Shown piece by piece: positions 54,489-63,768 of a stretch of 64,000 bases of DNA. The stretch is from an uncultured Oscillospiraceae bacterium (GTDB lineage Bacteria > Bacillota > Clostridia > Peptostreptococcales > Anaerovoracaceae), in assembly GCA_964369805.1 (NCBI GenBank), contig CAYJFM010000002.1, positions 3,376 through 67,375 of the forward strand, read 5' to 3'. The stretch's first letter is position 1. Each line of letters begins with the position of its first letter. The notes beneath the pieces are model-generated. The model saw only the letters and a program-made list of their open reading frames with translations. It ran no database searches and was not told where the DNA came from. Both the position numbers and the translations under genes were made by a program.

Positions 54489-54612
54489 ATTTCAATTCAT
54501 TTAGTCTTCCATGTATAATATATAAGAATTAATTCTTAATAATTTCTTAAGAACTTCCCTACTATAACCTTAATGGGACTTTGGCGTACAATAACTTTAG
54601 GAGGTAAAGATT

Positions 54613-55317
54613 ATGTATAATGTTTTAATATGTGATGATGAGAGAGATATTGTAAATGCTTTAAAAATTTACTTAGGCAATGAAGGCTACAATCTAATAG
54701 AGGCTTTTAATGGAAAGGACGCTCTTGAGATTATTAACAAAGAGGAAGTCCACCTAATACTTATGGATATTATGATGCCTATTATGGATGGCATGGAAGC
54801 GACGCTAAAGATCCGTGAAATTTCTAATGCACCTGTAATATTCCTTACAGCTAAGGGAGAGGATATGGATAAGATTATGGGATTAAGTATTGGTGCTGAT
54901 GACTATATAACAAAGCCCTTTAATCCACTAGAAGTCGTTGCTCGTACAAAGTCACAGCTAAGAAGATATACTCTTCTTGGTAGTGTTAAACCTAGTAGTG
55001 ACTTGCTTATTGCAGGCGGCCTTGAGCTAAATTATAAGAAAAAAGAAGTTGTTCTAGATGGAGAAGAAGTATTCCTTACACCTTTGGAACTTGAAGTTTT
55101 GAAGCTACTCATGGAGGGAAAAGGGCAAGTTTTCTCACCAAAAGAAATCTATAGTAAAGTTTGGGGAGACTGCCTTGTTGGAAGTGAAAATACTGTAGCT
55201 GTCCATATAAGACATCTCCGTGAAAAAATTGAAATAAACCCTAAGGAACCTAGATATATTAAAGTTGTCTGGGGACAAGGGTATAAAATTGAGGAAGGTG
55301 ATTTTTATGAAAAATAA
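54613..55317 (+). CDS. OmpR/PhoB-family response regulator
   Basis: 234 aa. Receiver domain (DDERD, LILMDIMMP, TAKG) plus winged-helix output (VHIRHLREKI, VWGQGYK). Confidence 0.92.
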   Translation: MYNVLICDDERDIVNALKIYLGNEGYNLIEAFNGKDALEIINKEEVHLILMDIMMPIMDGMEATLKIREISNAPVIFLTAKGEDMDKIMGLSIGADDYITKPFNPLEVVARTKSQLRRYTLLGSVKPSSDLLIAGGLELNYKKKEVVLDGEEVFLTPLELEVLKLLMEGKGQVFSPKEIYSKVWGDCLVGSENTVAVHIRHLREKIEINPKEPRYIKVVWGQGYKIEEGDFYEK

Positions 55318-57325
55318 TATAATAATTAAAGTCTCTGCCTTTGTATTAACGGTAGTATTTTTAATTGTGTTTGCTGGGTTTAGCGCTTTTAGCCTAGTGG
55401 GACATAATTCAGAACTTTTTCAAATTAGCAAAGAAGATGCCCTACGTAATGCTCTCACTTTAGAGACATATAGTCACTCTTTTTTATATGAGCACTTAAG
55501 TGCAGCAGATAGCCATGATACTATAGAGGATTCCAACCTTAAGGGAACAGCCATAAGTGTTACAAGCAAAGATGAAAAAGGGAAAGTAGACTATAATCGT
55601 AGCACATTGACTATATCCGAAAATGAAGCTGCTACTAAGTATGACATCATTACAACCTATGATTCTGTAGACGTTCCCTATATTTACCCAAATGACACAA
55701 TCGTAGAGCAAGATGAGAATGGTGTACCCACTAGAGTTTATACAATTACGGCATACATAGACTCATCTGAATATAGGTCCTCGATTATAAGTGTAATTGG
55801 AATTTTTTATGAAATAAAGCCTTACCTGCTACCAGTATTGATCATTTCCTTTATTTTAGGTCTTATCACTTTTGTAATTTTAATCCGATCTACTGGCAAT
55901 AACATAGAGAGGCCTGGTTGGTACTCTAAGTTTCCAATGGAATTGATGATTGCTACCACATTCTTGTTAATTGCCTTCCCTCTTAATATCAGCTACTCCT
56001 ACATGGATTCTTATTTTGAATTTTCAGCCGACAGCTTTTACTACGGACTTTTGCTTTGTGCTGTATTTCTTATTGCGTCTATAATAGTTGCCCAAGCTTG
56101 GCTGTTTTGTAGGGCTATCAAAATGAATTACTTATGGAAAAACTCTTTGTTAAACCTAATTACCCGTGGGATTATTAAAGTTTTTAAGCTCTTTGCCAAG
56201 GGAGGGAAAAGTCTAGGAACATCTAGTAAAACTGTGTTTTCTAAGTCAGAGCAGTATTTAAAAGAGCAGCTAAATCAAAGCCGTGAACATGAAAGCTCAA
56301 AGTACAATGAAAAACTTGTAGTTATGTGGGTATCCATCGCTTTAGGCTTTATAGCTTTCTTAAACTTTGTTATATTAGGCGGTATACTTACTAGCTGGGT
56401 CTATGGGCCTTACCTCTTTTTAGCATTAACTCAAATTTTCGTTAATGTACTTATCTTAGCCTTTGGTATTTACATGATTAACAAAACAATACCAATTATA
56501 GAAAGTATCAAAAAGCTTGCCTCAGGTGAGTTTAGCCATAAAATCAATCTTGACACTATGCCTCTTGGTCTTTACCATCATGCAAAGGATATCAATGAGA
56601 TTGGAAATACTATTAACATTGTAGTTGATGAAGCTATGAAAAATGAAAGGTTAAAAACACAATTAATTACTAATGTCTCACATGATATAAAAACTCCCCT
56701 AACCTCTATAATTAACTATACTGACTTAATCAGCAAGGTTGAGAATAAGGGTGAACAGCTAGATGAGTATGTTGAAGTTTTACAAAGGCAATCGGAAAAG
56801 CTCAAAAGGTTAATTGAAGATTTAGTTGAAGCTTCTAAGGCTAGTAGTGGATCAGTCCAAGCCAATGTTGCCTCTATGGATCTTAATCTATTAATCAGCC
56901 AAGTAACCTGTGAATTTGAAGAAAAACTTAAAGATTCAAAAATCGATCTTATAGTAAAGCCTGCTATAGACACAGACGGAACCGCCCCTCACATTAACGC
57001 AGATGGAAAACTTATGATTAGAGTTTTGGATAACTTACTAACTAACATATCGAAATATGCCCTCGAAAACACAAGAGCCTATATAACAACTGAGCTTACT
57101 GATCAGAATATAAACCTGATATTCAAAAACGTTTCTAAGGAGCAACTAGACATCTCCCCTGATGAGCTTAAAGAGAGGTTTATCCGCGGGGATAAATCAA
57201 GACATACTGATGGCAACGGTCTTGGCCTGTCAATAGCAGAAAGCCTTATGCATGTTCAAGGAGGCACTCTGGACCTTGAAATTGATGGAGATTTATTTAA
57301 AGTAACCTTAGGTTTTACAAGGTAA
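55307..57325 (+). CDS. Sensor histidine kinase with a large multi-TM N-terminal sensor region
   Basis: The track gives 55265..57325. ATG 55307 (MKNNIIIKV) overlaps the regulator stop. About 6 TM helices, a ~140-aa extracytoplasmic loop, HAMP, H-box SHDIKTPLTSI, N-box DNLLTNISKYA, G-box GNGLGLSIAE. Confidence 0.9.
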   Translation: MKNNIIIKVSAFVLTVVFLIVFAGFSAFSLVGHNSELFQISKEDALRNALTLETYSHSFLYEHLSAADSHDTIEDSNLKGTAISVTSKDEKGKVDYNRSTLTISENEAATKYDIITTYDSVDVPYIYPNDTIVEQDENGVPTRVYTITAYIDSSEYRSSIISVIGIFYEIKPYLLPVLIISFILGLITFVILIRSTGNNIERPGWYSKFPMELMIATTFLLIAFPLNISYSYMDSYFEFSADSFYYGLLLCAVFLIASIIVAQAWLFCRAIKMNYLWKNSLLNLITRGIIKVFKLFAKGGKSLGTSSKTVFSKSEQYLKEQLNQSREHESSKYNEKLVVMWVSIALGFIAFLNFVILGGILTSWVYGPYLFLALTQIFVNVLILAFGIYMINKTIPIIESIKKLASGEFSHKINLDTMPLGLYHHAKDINEIGNTINIVVDEAMKNERLKTQLITNVSHDIKTPLTSIINYTDLISKVENKGEQLDEYVEVLQRQSEKLKRLIEDLVEASKASSGSVQANVASMDLNLLISQVTCEFEEKLKDSKIDLIVKPAIDTDGTAPHINADGKLMIRVLDNLLTNISKYALENTRAYITTELTDQNINLIFKNVSKEQLDISPDELKERFIRGDKSRHTDGNGLGLSIAESLMHVQGGTLDLEIDGDLFKVTLGFTR

Positions 57326-57347
57326 TCATAAAAAATTAGTACATCTA

Positions 57348-57385
57348 AACCCGCTACGGAAATTTCTGTGGCGGGTTATTTTTTC
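57348..57385 (+). terminator. Intrinsic terminator after the two-component system
   Basis: AACCCGCTAC-loop-GTGGCGGGTT followed by ATTTTTT. Confidence 0.85.
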
Positions 57386-57447
57386 CCAAAAGTTTTCCTG
57401 CAAAAGTTTTTGGCAAAAGTTTTTACAGACTTTTTTTATAAACTCTA

Positions 57448-57507
57448 TTGACAAACTTCCTAGCAAGGTTTATCATACAATCATAGTATGTTAGTTGAGT
57501 AACATAC
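57448..57507 (+). promoter_or_regulatory. Promoter plus palindromic operator of the ytrA-like ABC operon
   Basis: TTGACA-N17-TATCAT (57448-57476), then the inverted repeat GTATGTTA-GTTGAG-TAACATAC at 57486-57507 near the predicted TSS. Confidence 0.65.
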
Positions 57508-57529
57508 CCAACCACTAAAGGAGGTTACT

Positions 57530-57901
57530 ATGATTATCAATTTTGATGTTGATACACCCATATTTCAGCAAGTAGCTGACGAGCTATCCAATGGAATTAT
57601 GATAGGCGCCTTCCTGGAAGAAGAAAAGGTTCCATCAGTTGCCGATCTTGCAGTTATGCTCAAGATTAATCCCGCTACAGCGCTTAAGGGAATAAATATC
57701 TTGGTAGATGACGGCATCCTCTATAAAAAAAGAGGCCTGGGAATGTTTGTTTCTACAGGAGCAAAGGAAAAGCTTTTTGCACAGAGAAAAGAAAACTTCT
57801 ATTCCAAATATATAAAGGAAGTTCTAGCCGAAGGTGAAAGGCTTAATATCTCAAAGGAGGAAATCGCTTCTATGATACTTGGAGGTAAGAAAGATGAATG
57901 A
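57530..57901 (+). CDS. GntR-family transcriptional regulator, YtrA subfamily (short effector domain)
   Basis: 123 aa. Winged HTH (PSVADLAVMLKINPATALKGINILVDDGILYKKRGLGMFV) with only a short helical C-terminus. Confidence 0.88.
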   Translation: MIINFDVDTPIFQQVADELSNGIMIGAFLEEEKVPSVADLAVMLKINPATALKGINILVDDGILYKKRGLGMFVSTGAKEKLFAQRKENFYSKYIKEVLAEGERLNISKEEIASMILGGKKDE

Positions 57902-58775
57902 AATAGAAATAAAAAATGTGACAAAGTACTATAAGTCTGCGAAGGCTTTAGATGGAGTAAGCCTAACTTTTGAAAAAGGAAAGATTTATGGTCTGCTTGG
58001 GAGAAATGGTGCAGGCAAGTCTACCCTAATTAAAGCAATATGCAATAAAATTTTCATAAGCAATGGAGAAATACTGATTGACGGCATCCCTAGTGAAGAA
58101 AACGAGCGAGCGCAGTGCAAAGTGCAGGTAATGAGCGAAACCAATATCATGCCTAATTTTAAGATTAAAGATGCTTTCAAACTAGCTATGATACTCAACC
58201 CCAACTTTGATATTGAATATGCTGAAAAATTAGCAAATCTGTTCGCCCTTGACCTAAAGAAAAAAGTAAAAACCCTATCCACAGGATATAGCTCCATATT
58301 AAAATTTATTTTAGCAATGAGCTCAAATGCGCCATATATTTTCCTTGACGAGCCTGTGTTAGGTCTTGATGCAACTCATAGGGAGTTTGTGTATAAGGTA
58401 ATTATTTCAGTAAATATGAACACAGGTGCAGCTATAATTATATCAACACACATAATTGAAGAAATTTCAAATTTAATTGAAGACATCGTGATACTAACTG
58501 ATGGAAAAGTTATTGAGAAGTCTGACAAGCAATCACTTGTTAATAGCTACTATTTAGTAAGCGGACCTTCTTCTCTAGTTGAGGAGTTTTCCCTTGGGAA
58601 AAAGGTAGTATCCGAACAAACTTTATGCGGTCTTGCTAACAAGTATATCAAAGGGCCCTTCCCAACTGAAAATGTTTCTGAATTAACTTTTTCAAAAGTC
58701 AATCTTCAGGAATTATTTGTAAAAATTGGCGGTGGCAAAGAGGAGGAATATTATGAATCTATTATCAACATGTAA
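57894..58775 (+). CDS. ABC transporter ATP-binding protein
   Basis: The track gives 57879..58775. ATG 57894 follows GGAGG. Walker A GRNGAGKST, signature LSTGYSS, Walker B IFLDEP. Confidence 0.9.
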   Translation: MNEIEIKNVTKYYKSAKALDGVSLTFEKGKIYGLLGRNGAGKSTLIKAICNKIFISNGEILIDGIPSEENERAQCKVQVMSETNIMPNFKIKDAFKLAMILNPNFDIEYAEKLANLFALDLKKKVKTLSTGYSSILKFILAMSSNAPYIFLDEPVLGLDATHREFVYKVIISVNMNTGAAIIISTHIIEEISNLIEDIVILTDGKVIEKSDKQSLVNSYYLVSGPSSLVEEFSLGKKVVSEQTLCGLANKYIKGPFPTENVSELTFSKVNLQELFVKIGGGKEEEYYESIINM

Positions 58776-59460
58776 GCTTCAATGGTTTTATCGAAAAAAA
58801 GACTTACTAATATTATTTTTAATCTTATCAACAATGCTTATCGTAGCTACTGTTTTAATCCTAAACGCAACCTTTAATACAATGCAGCTAACCTTTGACT
58901 TTGCTTTATACGCATATCTTTTCGTTGGTGGCCTTATGCAAAGTGACCTACTATCCATTTGTATTCAAAACGGTATTTCTAGGAAAAGTTTTTATCTTTC
59001 TCATGCCATTAGCACTTTGCTTATTTCCGTTCTTCTGTCTGCCTATATGCTTATATTTCAAATGGTTTTGAACGCAATAACTTCTAGTATAGGTCACAGC
59101 ACTTTACGAATAACTTCCAGCTTGACAGGACAGTTTTCAGATAATTATCTAAGTCTATTCTTATATTTCCTTGCAGGAGCTATCTTCGCTGGTGGACTGG
59201 GAACTTTCCTTGGCAGTATGAACGTGAGAACAACCAAAACGCAAAAGATAATCATTTATGCTTCTGGATTTGCACTAAGCTTAATTAGTTTTTATGTTAT
59301 TAGTGGTTATTTATGGGACTCTAATTTTGTTAAAGAGGTCACTTCTTTTCTTGAAAAAATGTACAGTAATATATCTATCTTCGTTCCAATTAATTTAGTT
59401 TTTGCAGTCCTTGCTCTTGCCACTGGATGGTTATTTATTAGAAGATCCGAACTAAAGTAA
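58753..59460 (+). CDS. Integral membrane protein, putative permease partner of the ABC ATPase
   Basis: The track gives 58726..59460. ATG 58753 follows AGGAGG. About 6 TM helices and no recognisable motif. Confidence 0.65.
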   Translation: MNLLSTCKLQWFYRKKDLLILFLILSTMLIVATVLILNATFNTMQLTFDFALYAYLFVGGLMQSDLLSICIQNGISRKSFYLSHAISTLLISVLLSAYMLIFQMVLNAITSSIGHSTLRITSSLTGQFSDNYLSLFLYFLAGAIFAGGLGTFLGSMNVRTTKTQKIIIYASGFALSLISFYVISGYLWDSNFVKEVTSFLEKMYSNISIFVPINLVFAVLALATGWLFIRRSELK

Positions 59461-59492
59461 TCTATTGAATTTGAATTTTTTATACTAAAGTT

Positions 59493-59528
59493 AATAGTGT
59501 AGTTACGAAAGTTTCTACACTATTTTTA
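59493..59528 (+). terminator. Intrinsic terminator of the ytrA-ABC operon
   Basis: AATAGTGTAG-loop-CTACACTATT followed by TTTT. Confidence 0.8.
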
Positions 59529-59654
59529 TATAAATATCAATTTTTCATATACGCTCCAGTGGCTTTTTCTGAAATTTGTCTTCTTTGATTTTCTATATGT
59601 AAATTAAAGTGCAATTTCCTTAAAAGAAATGGTTAAGGGAAATACCTAAAAGAA

Positions 59655-59716
59655 ATTGTATACATGTATACAATGCTATTGACAGCCCCATCGCAAACAA
59701 TGTATACTCATATACA
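59655..59716 (+). promoter_or_regulatory. Promoter of acn-icd-gntR bracketed by TGTATACA-type palindromic operators
   Basis: A 20-bp perfect palindrome ATTGTATACATGTATACAAT (59655-59674) is two abutting TGTATACA boxes. The promoter is -35 TTGACA (59679-59684), N18, -10 TATACT (59703-59708). A second inverted repeat TGTATA-CTCA-TATACA (59701-59716) covers the -10. Confidence 0.7.
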
Positions 59717-59790
59717 AGATACTTTGCTTAGAAAACTAAACAAAGTAAAATACATTTATTAAATATACAATTATTAGGAGGAAATAGTTA

Positions 59791-61731
59791 ATGGGCAAAA
59801 CACTAGCGCACAAAATCTTAGAAAACCACCTCATTGAAGGCGAAATGACAAAAGGCTCTGAAATCGTAATTAAAATCGACCAGACTCTGACTCAAGACTC
59901 AACAGGTACTATGGTATACCTACAGCTAGAAGCAATGGAAGTAGATAAAGTACAAACAGAACTTTCAGTAGCATATATCGACCACAACACACTTCAAACA
60001 GGCTTTGAAAATGCAGATGATCATGCATTCATAAAAAGCGTAGCTAAAAGACATGGAGTGCTTTTCTCTAAACCAGGTAATGGAATTTGTCACCAGTTAC
60101 AACTAGAAAACTACGGAAAGCCAGGCAAAACTCTAATTGGCTCTGATAGCCACACACCTACAGGTGGCGGTCTTGGAATGATTGCAATAGGAGCAGGTGG
60201 TCTTGATGTTGCTGTAGCAATGGCAAAGGGAACATATAGCATTAAAGTTCCAAACGTTGTTGGTGTTAAACTAGTCGGTGAGCTTAAGCCATGGTCATCA
60301 GCAAAGGATGTAATCCTTAAAGTACTAAGAACTCTAACTGTAAAAGGTGGAGTTGGAAATATTATCGAATACTATGGCGAAGGAGTTAAGTCTCTTTCTG
60401 TAACTGATAGAGCTACTATTACAAATATGGGTGCAGAACTTGGAGCAACAACTTCAGTATTCCCTAGTGATGAAAATACAAGAGTCTTTCTTAAGGAACA
60501 AGGAAGAGAAGATGACTATGTGGCACTTTCAGCTGATGAAGACGCTGTTTATGATCATACTATCACAATTGATCTTTCGGAGCTTTCTCCACAAGCAGCA
60601 ATGCCTCACAGCCCTGATAATGTAGAAGATATTTCAGTTATAGGTAGAATCAAAGTTGACCAAGTTGCAATTGGTAGCTGTACTAACTCATCTTATACAG
60701 ACTTAATGAAGGTTGCAAAGATTCTTGATGGCAAGAAGGTGCATGAAGATGTAAGCCTTGTTATCTCTCCAGGATCAAGCAAAATTTTAGATAAACTTGC
60801 ACAAAATGGAGCACTTGCTAGTATGATTTCTGCGGGAGCTAGAATCATCGAGAATGCTTGCGGACCATGTATTGGTATGGGGCAGTCACCAAGATCAGGT
60901 GCTGTATCTCTAAGAACTTTTAACAGAAACTTCAAAGGAAGATCTGGTACAATTGATGCTGATGTTTATCTAGTAAGCCCTGAAACTGCAGCAATTTCGG
61001 CAATTGAGGGTGTGCTAATTGACGGTTCAGAAATGAGCGGCAAAGGTGTATATACTGATGAAATGGTAAATGTTGAGTCAACAGATTTTAAATTCAACGA
61101 TAACTTTATCGTTTATCCAAATGGTGCTAACAAAGAAAATACGCCAGTTGAAATGGGTCCAAACATAAAGCCTTTCCCAAGAAACACAGCGCTTACAGAT
61201 ACAGTTGAAGGTGAAGTCACTCTTGTAACAGGCGACAATATTACAACAGACGATATTATGCCATCAGATTCAAGACTACTTCCATATCGTTCAAATGTGC
61301 CTTACCTTTCAAACTTCTGCTTCGAGAAAATCGATGGAGACTTTGCGAAGAGATGTTCAGTGGCAAAGGAATGTATTATTATCGGTGGTGATAACTATGG
61401 ACAAGGAAGCTCAAGAGAGCATGCTGCCCTAGCTCCACTGCATCTAGGAGTTAAGTTTGTAATCGCAAAATCATTTGCTAGAATTCATAGGTCTAACCTA
61501 ATCAACAGCGGAATTATACCTTTTGAATTCGCTGACACAGCAGATTACGATAATCTAGTAGTTGGTGATAAACTAGTAATTAAAAATGCTTTATCACAAA
61601 TTGAAAACCCATCGATTATTATCCAAAACCGATCAAATGGTAAAGAAATCGCTGTACACGCAAAACTTTCACCACTAGAAAAAGATATGATTTTAGCTGG
61701 TGGGAAAATCAACTATATTAAAGGTCAATAA
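59791..61731 (+). CDS. Aconitate hydratase (compact ~640-aa clostridial type)
   Basis: 646 aa. Fe-S ligand contexts IGSDSHT, IGSCTNSS, NACGPCIGMG. The swivel domain carries GDNYGQGSSREHAA. Confidence 0.92.
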   Translation: MGKTLAHKILENHLIEGEMTKGSEIVIKIDQTLTQDSTGTMVYLQLEAMEVDKVQTELSVAYIDHNTLQTGFENADDHAFIKSVAKRHGVLFSKPGNGICHQLQLENYGKPGKTLIGSDSHTPTGGGLGMIAIGAGGLDVAVAMAKGTYSIKVPNVVGVKLVGELKPWSSAKDVILKVLRTLTVKGGVGNIIEYYGEGVKSLSVTDRATITNMGAELGATTSVFPSDENTRVFLKEQGREDDYVALSADEDAVYDHTITIDLSELSPQAAMPHSPDNVEDISVIGRIKVDQVAIGSCTNSSYTDLMKVAKILDGKKVHEDVSLVISPGSSKILDKLAQNGALASMISAGARIIENACGPCIGMGQSPRSGAVSLRTFNRNFKGRSGTIDADVYLVSPETAAISAIEGVLIDGSEMSGKGVYTDEMVNVESTDFKFNDNFIVYPNGANKENTPVEMGPNIKPFPRNTALTDTVEGEVTLVTGDNITTDDIMPSDSRLLPYRSNVPYLSNFCFEKIDGDFAKRCSVAKECIIIGGDNYGQGSSREHAALAPLHLGVKFVIAKSFARIHRSNLINSGIIPFEFADTADYDNLVVGDKLVIKNALSQIENPSIIIQNRSNGKEIAVHAKLSPLEKDMILAGGKINYIKGQ

Positions 61732-61744
61732 GAAAGCAAAGACT

Positions 61745-61776
61745 ATAACAGAAAATCGATATCGGTTTTCTGTTAT
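61745..61776 (+). other. Intercistronic hairpin between the aconitase and dehydrogenase genes
   Basis: ATAACAGAAAA-TCGATATCGG-TTTTCTGTTAT: 11-bp stem plus an inner CG/CG pair. No T-run follows, so it is not a classical terminator. Confidence 0.6.
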
Positions 61777-61837
61777 ATCTCAAGTATTGATATAACTTAG
61801 AAACCATAGTAACAAAATATATAAAGGAGAAATAAAA

Positions 61838-62974
61838 ATGGATATCCAACAACACGTACAAGCTATTATAGATCACCAACTTGGTAGAATTGAAGCTATG
61901 AAAAAAGGTGAAGATTTTGTAGATTATCAAAGCCTAGATAAAATCATTATTGGAGTTATCGGAGGAGATGGTATCGGACCTGCAATTACAGGTCATGCTC
62001 ACAGAGTTTTAGAAACTCTTCTTGCTGATAAAGTAGCTAAGGGCAAAGTTGAATTTAGAGTAATAGATGGATGTACTATTGAAAACAGAGCAGCTGCAGG
62101 AAAAGCTATTCCAGACGATGTTCTAGCTGAAATCAAAAAATGCAACGTACTTCTAAAAGGGCCTACAACAACACCTAGAAAAGGTGATGCTTGGGCAAAT
62201 GTTGAGAGTGCCAATGTAGCTATGAGAAAAGAACTTGATTTATTTGCAAGTGTAAGACCTGTTAAGGTTCCAGAACTTGGTATCGACTGGACATTCTTCA
62301 GGGAAAATACTGAGTGCCTTTACGCTTTAGGTAGTCAAGGAATCTCGATAGGGGAAGATTTGACTATGGACTTTAGAGTAATAACTACACAAGGTACTGA
62401 AAGAATCGCAAGACTTGCTTTCGAATATGCAAAAGCAAATGGCAAGAAAAAAGTCACTATTGTAACTAAGGCAAATGTAGTAAAAACTACAGACGGAAAG
62501 TTCCTAGATACTTGCAAAGAAGTTGCAAAAGAGTACCCTGGTATTGCAGTTGATGACTGGTACATTGATATTATGACAGCTAAACTAATTGATGAAAAAA
62601 GAAGAGGCGAGTTTGAAGTATTCATTCTTCCGAACCTATATGGTGACATCCTAACTGATGAGGCAGCTGAATTCCAAGGTGGTGTTGGTACTGCAGGAAG
62701 CTCGAACTTAGGTAAAAGATACTCTATGTTTGAAGCTGTACATGGCTCAGCTCCTAGAATGGTTGAAGAAGGTAGAGACATCTATGCTGACCCTTGCAGC
62801 GTTATCAGAGCAGGAGCTATGCTACTTTCTCACATCGGATTCCAAGCTGAGGCTGATAAGCTATATGCAGCAATCGAAGAATGCACTATTACAGAGAAAA
62901 AACTTGTACTAACAGGTAGATCCGATGGTGCAACTGGAGCTGAGTTCGCTGACTACATTCTATCAAAGATTTAA
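61838..62974 (+). CDS. icd: Isocitrate dehydrogenase (NAD(P)-dependent; isocitrate/isopropylmalate dehydrogenase family)
   Basis: 378 aa. Family signature NLYGDILTDEAAEFQGGVGTAGS. The isocitrate assignment rests on the pairing with aconitase and is not proven. Confidence 0.75.
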   Translation: MDIQQHVQAIIDHQLGRIEAMKKGEDFVDYQSLDKIIIGVIGGDGIGPAITGHAHRVLETLLADKVAKGKVEFRVIDGCTIENRAAAGKAIPDDVLAEIKKCNVLLKGPTTTPRKGDAWANVESANVAMRKELDLFASVRPVKVPELGIDWTFFRENTECLYALGSQGISIGEDLTMDFRVITTQGTERIARLAFEYAKANGKKKVTIVTKANVVKTTDGKFLDTCKEVAKEYPGIAVDDWYIDIMTAKLIDEKRRGEFEVFILPNLYGDILTDEAAEFQGGVGTAGSSNLGKRYSMFEAVHGSAPRMVEEGRDIYADPCSVIRAGAMLLSHIGFQAEADKLYAAIEECTITEKKLVLTGRSDGATGAEFADYILSKI

Positions 62975-62992
62975 GTTAGAGGAGATGTTAAT

Positions 62993-63670
62993 ATGATAAC
63001 TAAACTACTTTCTTTAGATGGAGTATCTCCTGGTGCAAAATCTTTAAATAAGAATTTATCTCACCAGATAAAAAATGACATTCTAGATGAAAGGTTTAAG
63101 CGTGGGCAAAAGCTTACAGAGCAAGAAATATGCGAAAAATATAATGTTAGTCGTACACCTGTTAGAGAGGCTTTCTTTCAGCTGGAATCGGAAGGCTTAA
63201 TAGAAATTATTCCAAACCGAGGAGCCTTTGTTGTGGGTCTTTCTGCGCAGGACAGGGTTGATATCCATATAATGAGAAGTGCCTATGAAGTTCAGGCTAC
63301 TGAATGGGCAATTGAGAGGATAACTCCTACTCAGCTTGATGACTTAACAGAAACCCTTGAATTTATGGAGTTTTATACAATGAAAGAAGACTACACAAAA
63401 ATGCTAACGATAAACTCGCATTTTCACCAGATAATCTATATCGCATCTGGGAATAGACTTCTTCAACATGTATTAACATTACTTCACACCTATGTTAGTG
63501 AGTTCGTAGATCATGAAGCAGGCAAAAAGTACCTGCCTGAAATACTTGAAGAACATAAAGAGATTTATCATGCCTTCCTTACAAAAGATCCAATTAAAGG
63601 AGGCGAGGCAATGAAAGCCCACATAGAAAACTCCGCAAAACGTAAAGTTATTTATAAATCAAATAGCTAG
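62993..63670 (+). CDS. GntR-family transcriptional regulator, FadR/FCD subfamily
   Basis: 225 aa. HTH (LTEQEICEKYNVSRTPVREAFFQLESEGLIEIIPNRGAFV) plus an all-helical FCD-type C-terminal domain with His residues (HFHQIIY, HKEIYHAF). Confidence 0.88.
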   Translation: MITKLLSLDGVSPGAKSLNKNLSHQIKNDILDERFKRGQKLTEQEICEKYNVSRTPVREAFFQLESEGLIEIIPNRGAFVVGLSAQDRVDIHIMRSAYEVQATEWAIERITPTQLDDLTETLEFMEFYTMKEDYTKMLTINSHFHQIIYIASGNRLLQHVLTLLHTYVSEFVDHEAGKKYLPEILEEHKEIYHAFLTKDPIKGGEAMKAHIENSAKRKVIYKSNS

Positions 63671-63690
63671 AATCAATCTAAATATACGAA

Positions 63691-63731
63691 AAAATAGACT
63701 GAGCGTCAAAGCTCAGTCTATTTAAATTTTT
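63691..63731. terminator. Bidirectional terminator after gntR (+) and the convergent partial ORF (-)
   Basis: ATAGACTGAGC-GTCAAA-GCTCAGTCTAT with AAAAA upstream and TTTAAATTTTT downstream. Confidence 0.8.
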
Positions 63732-63768
63732 CTTCCTTTTCTTTTTGAGATTATAACTAACCGTTGCT

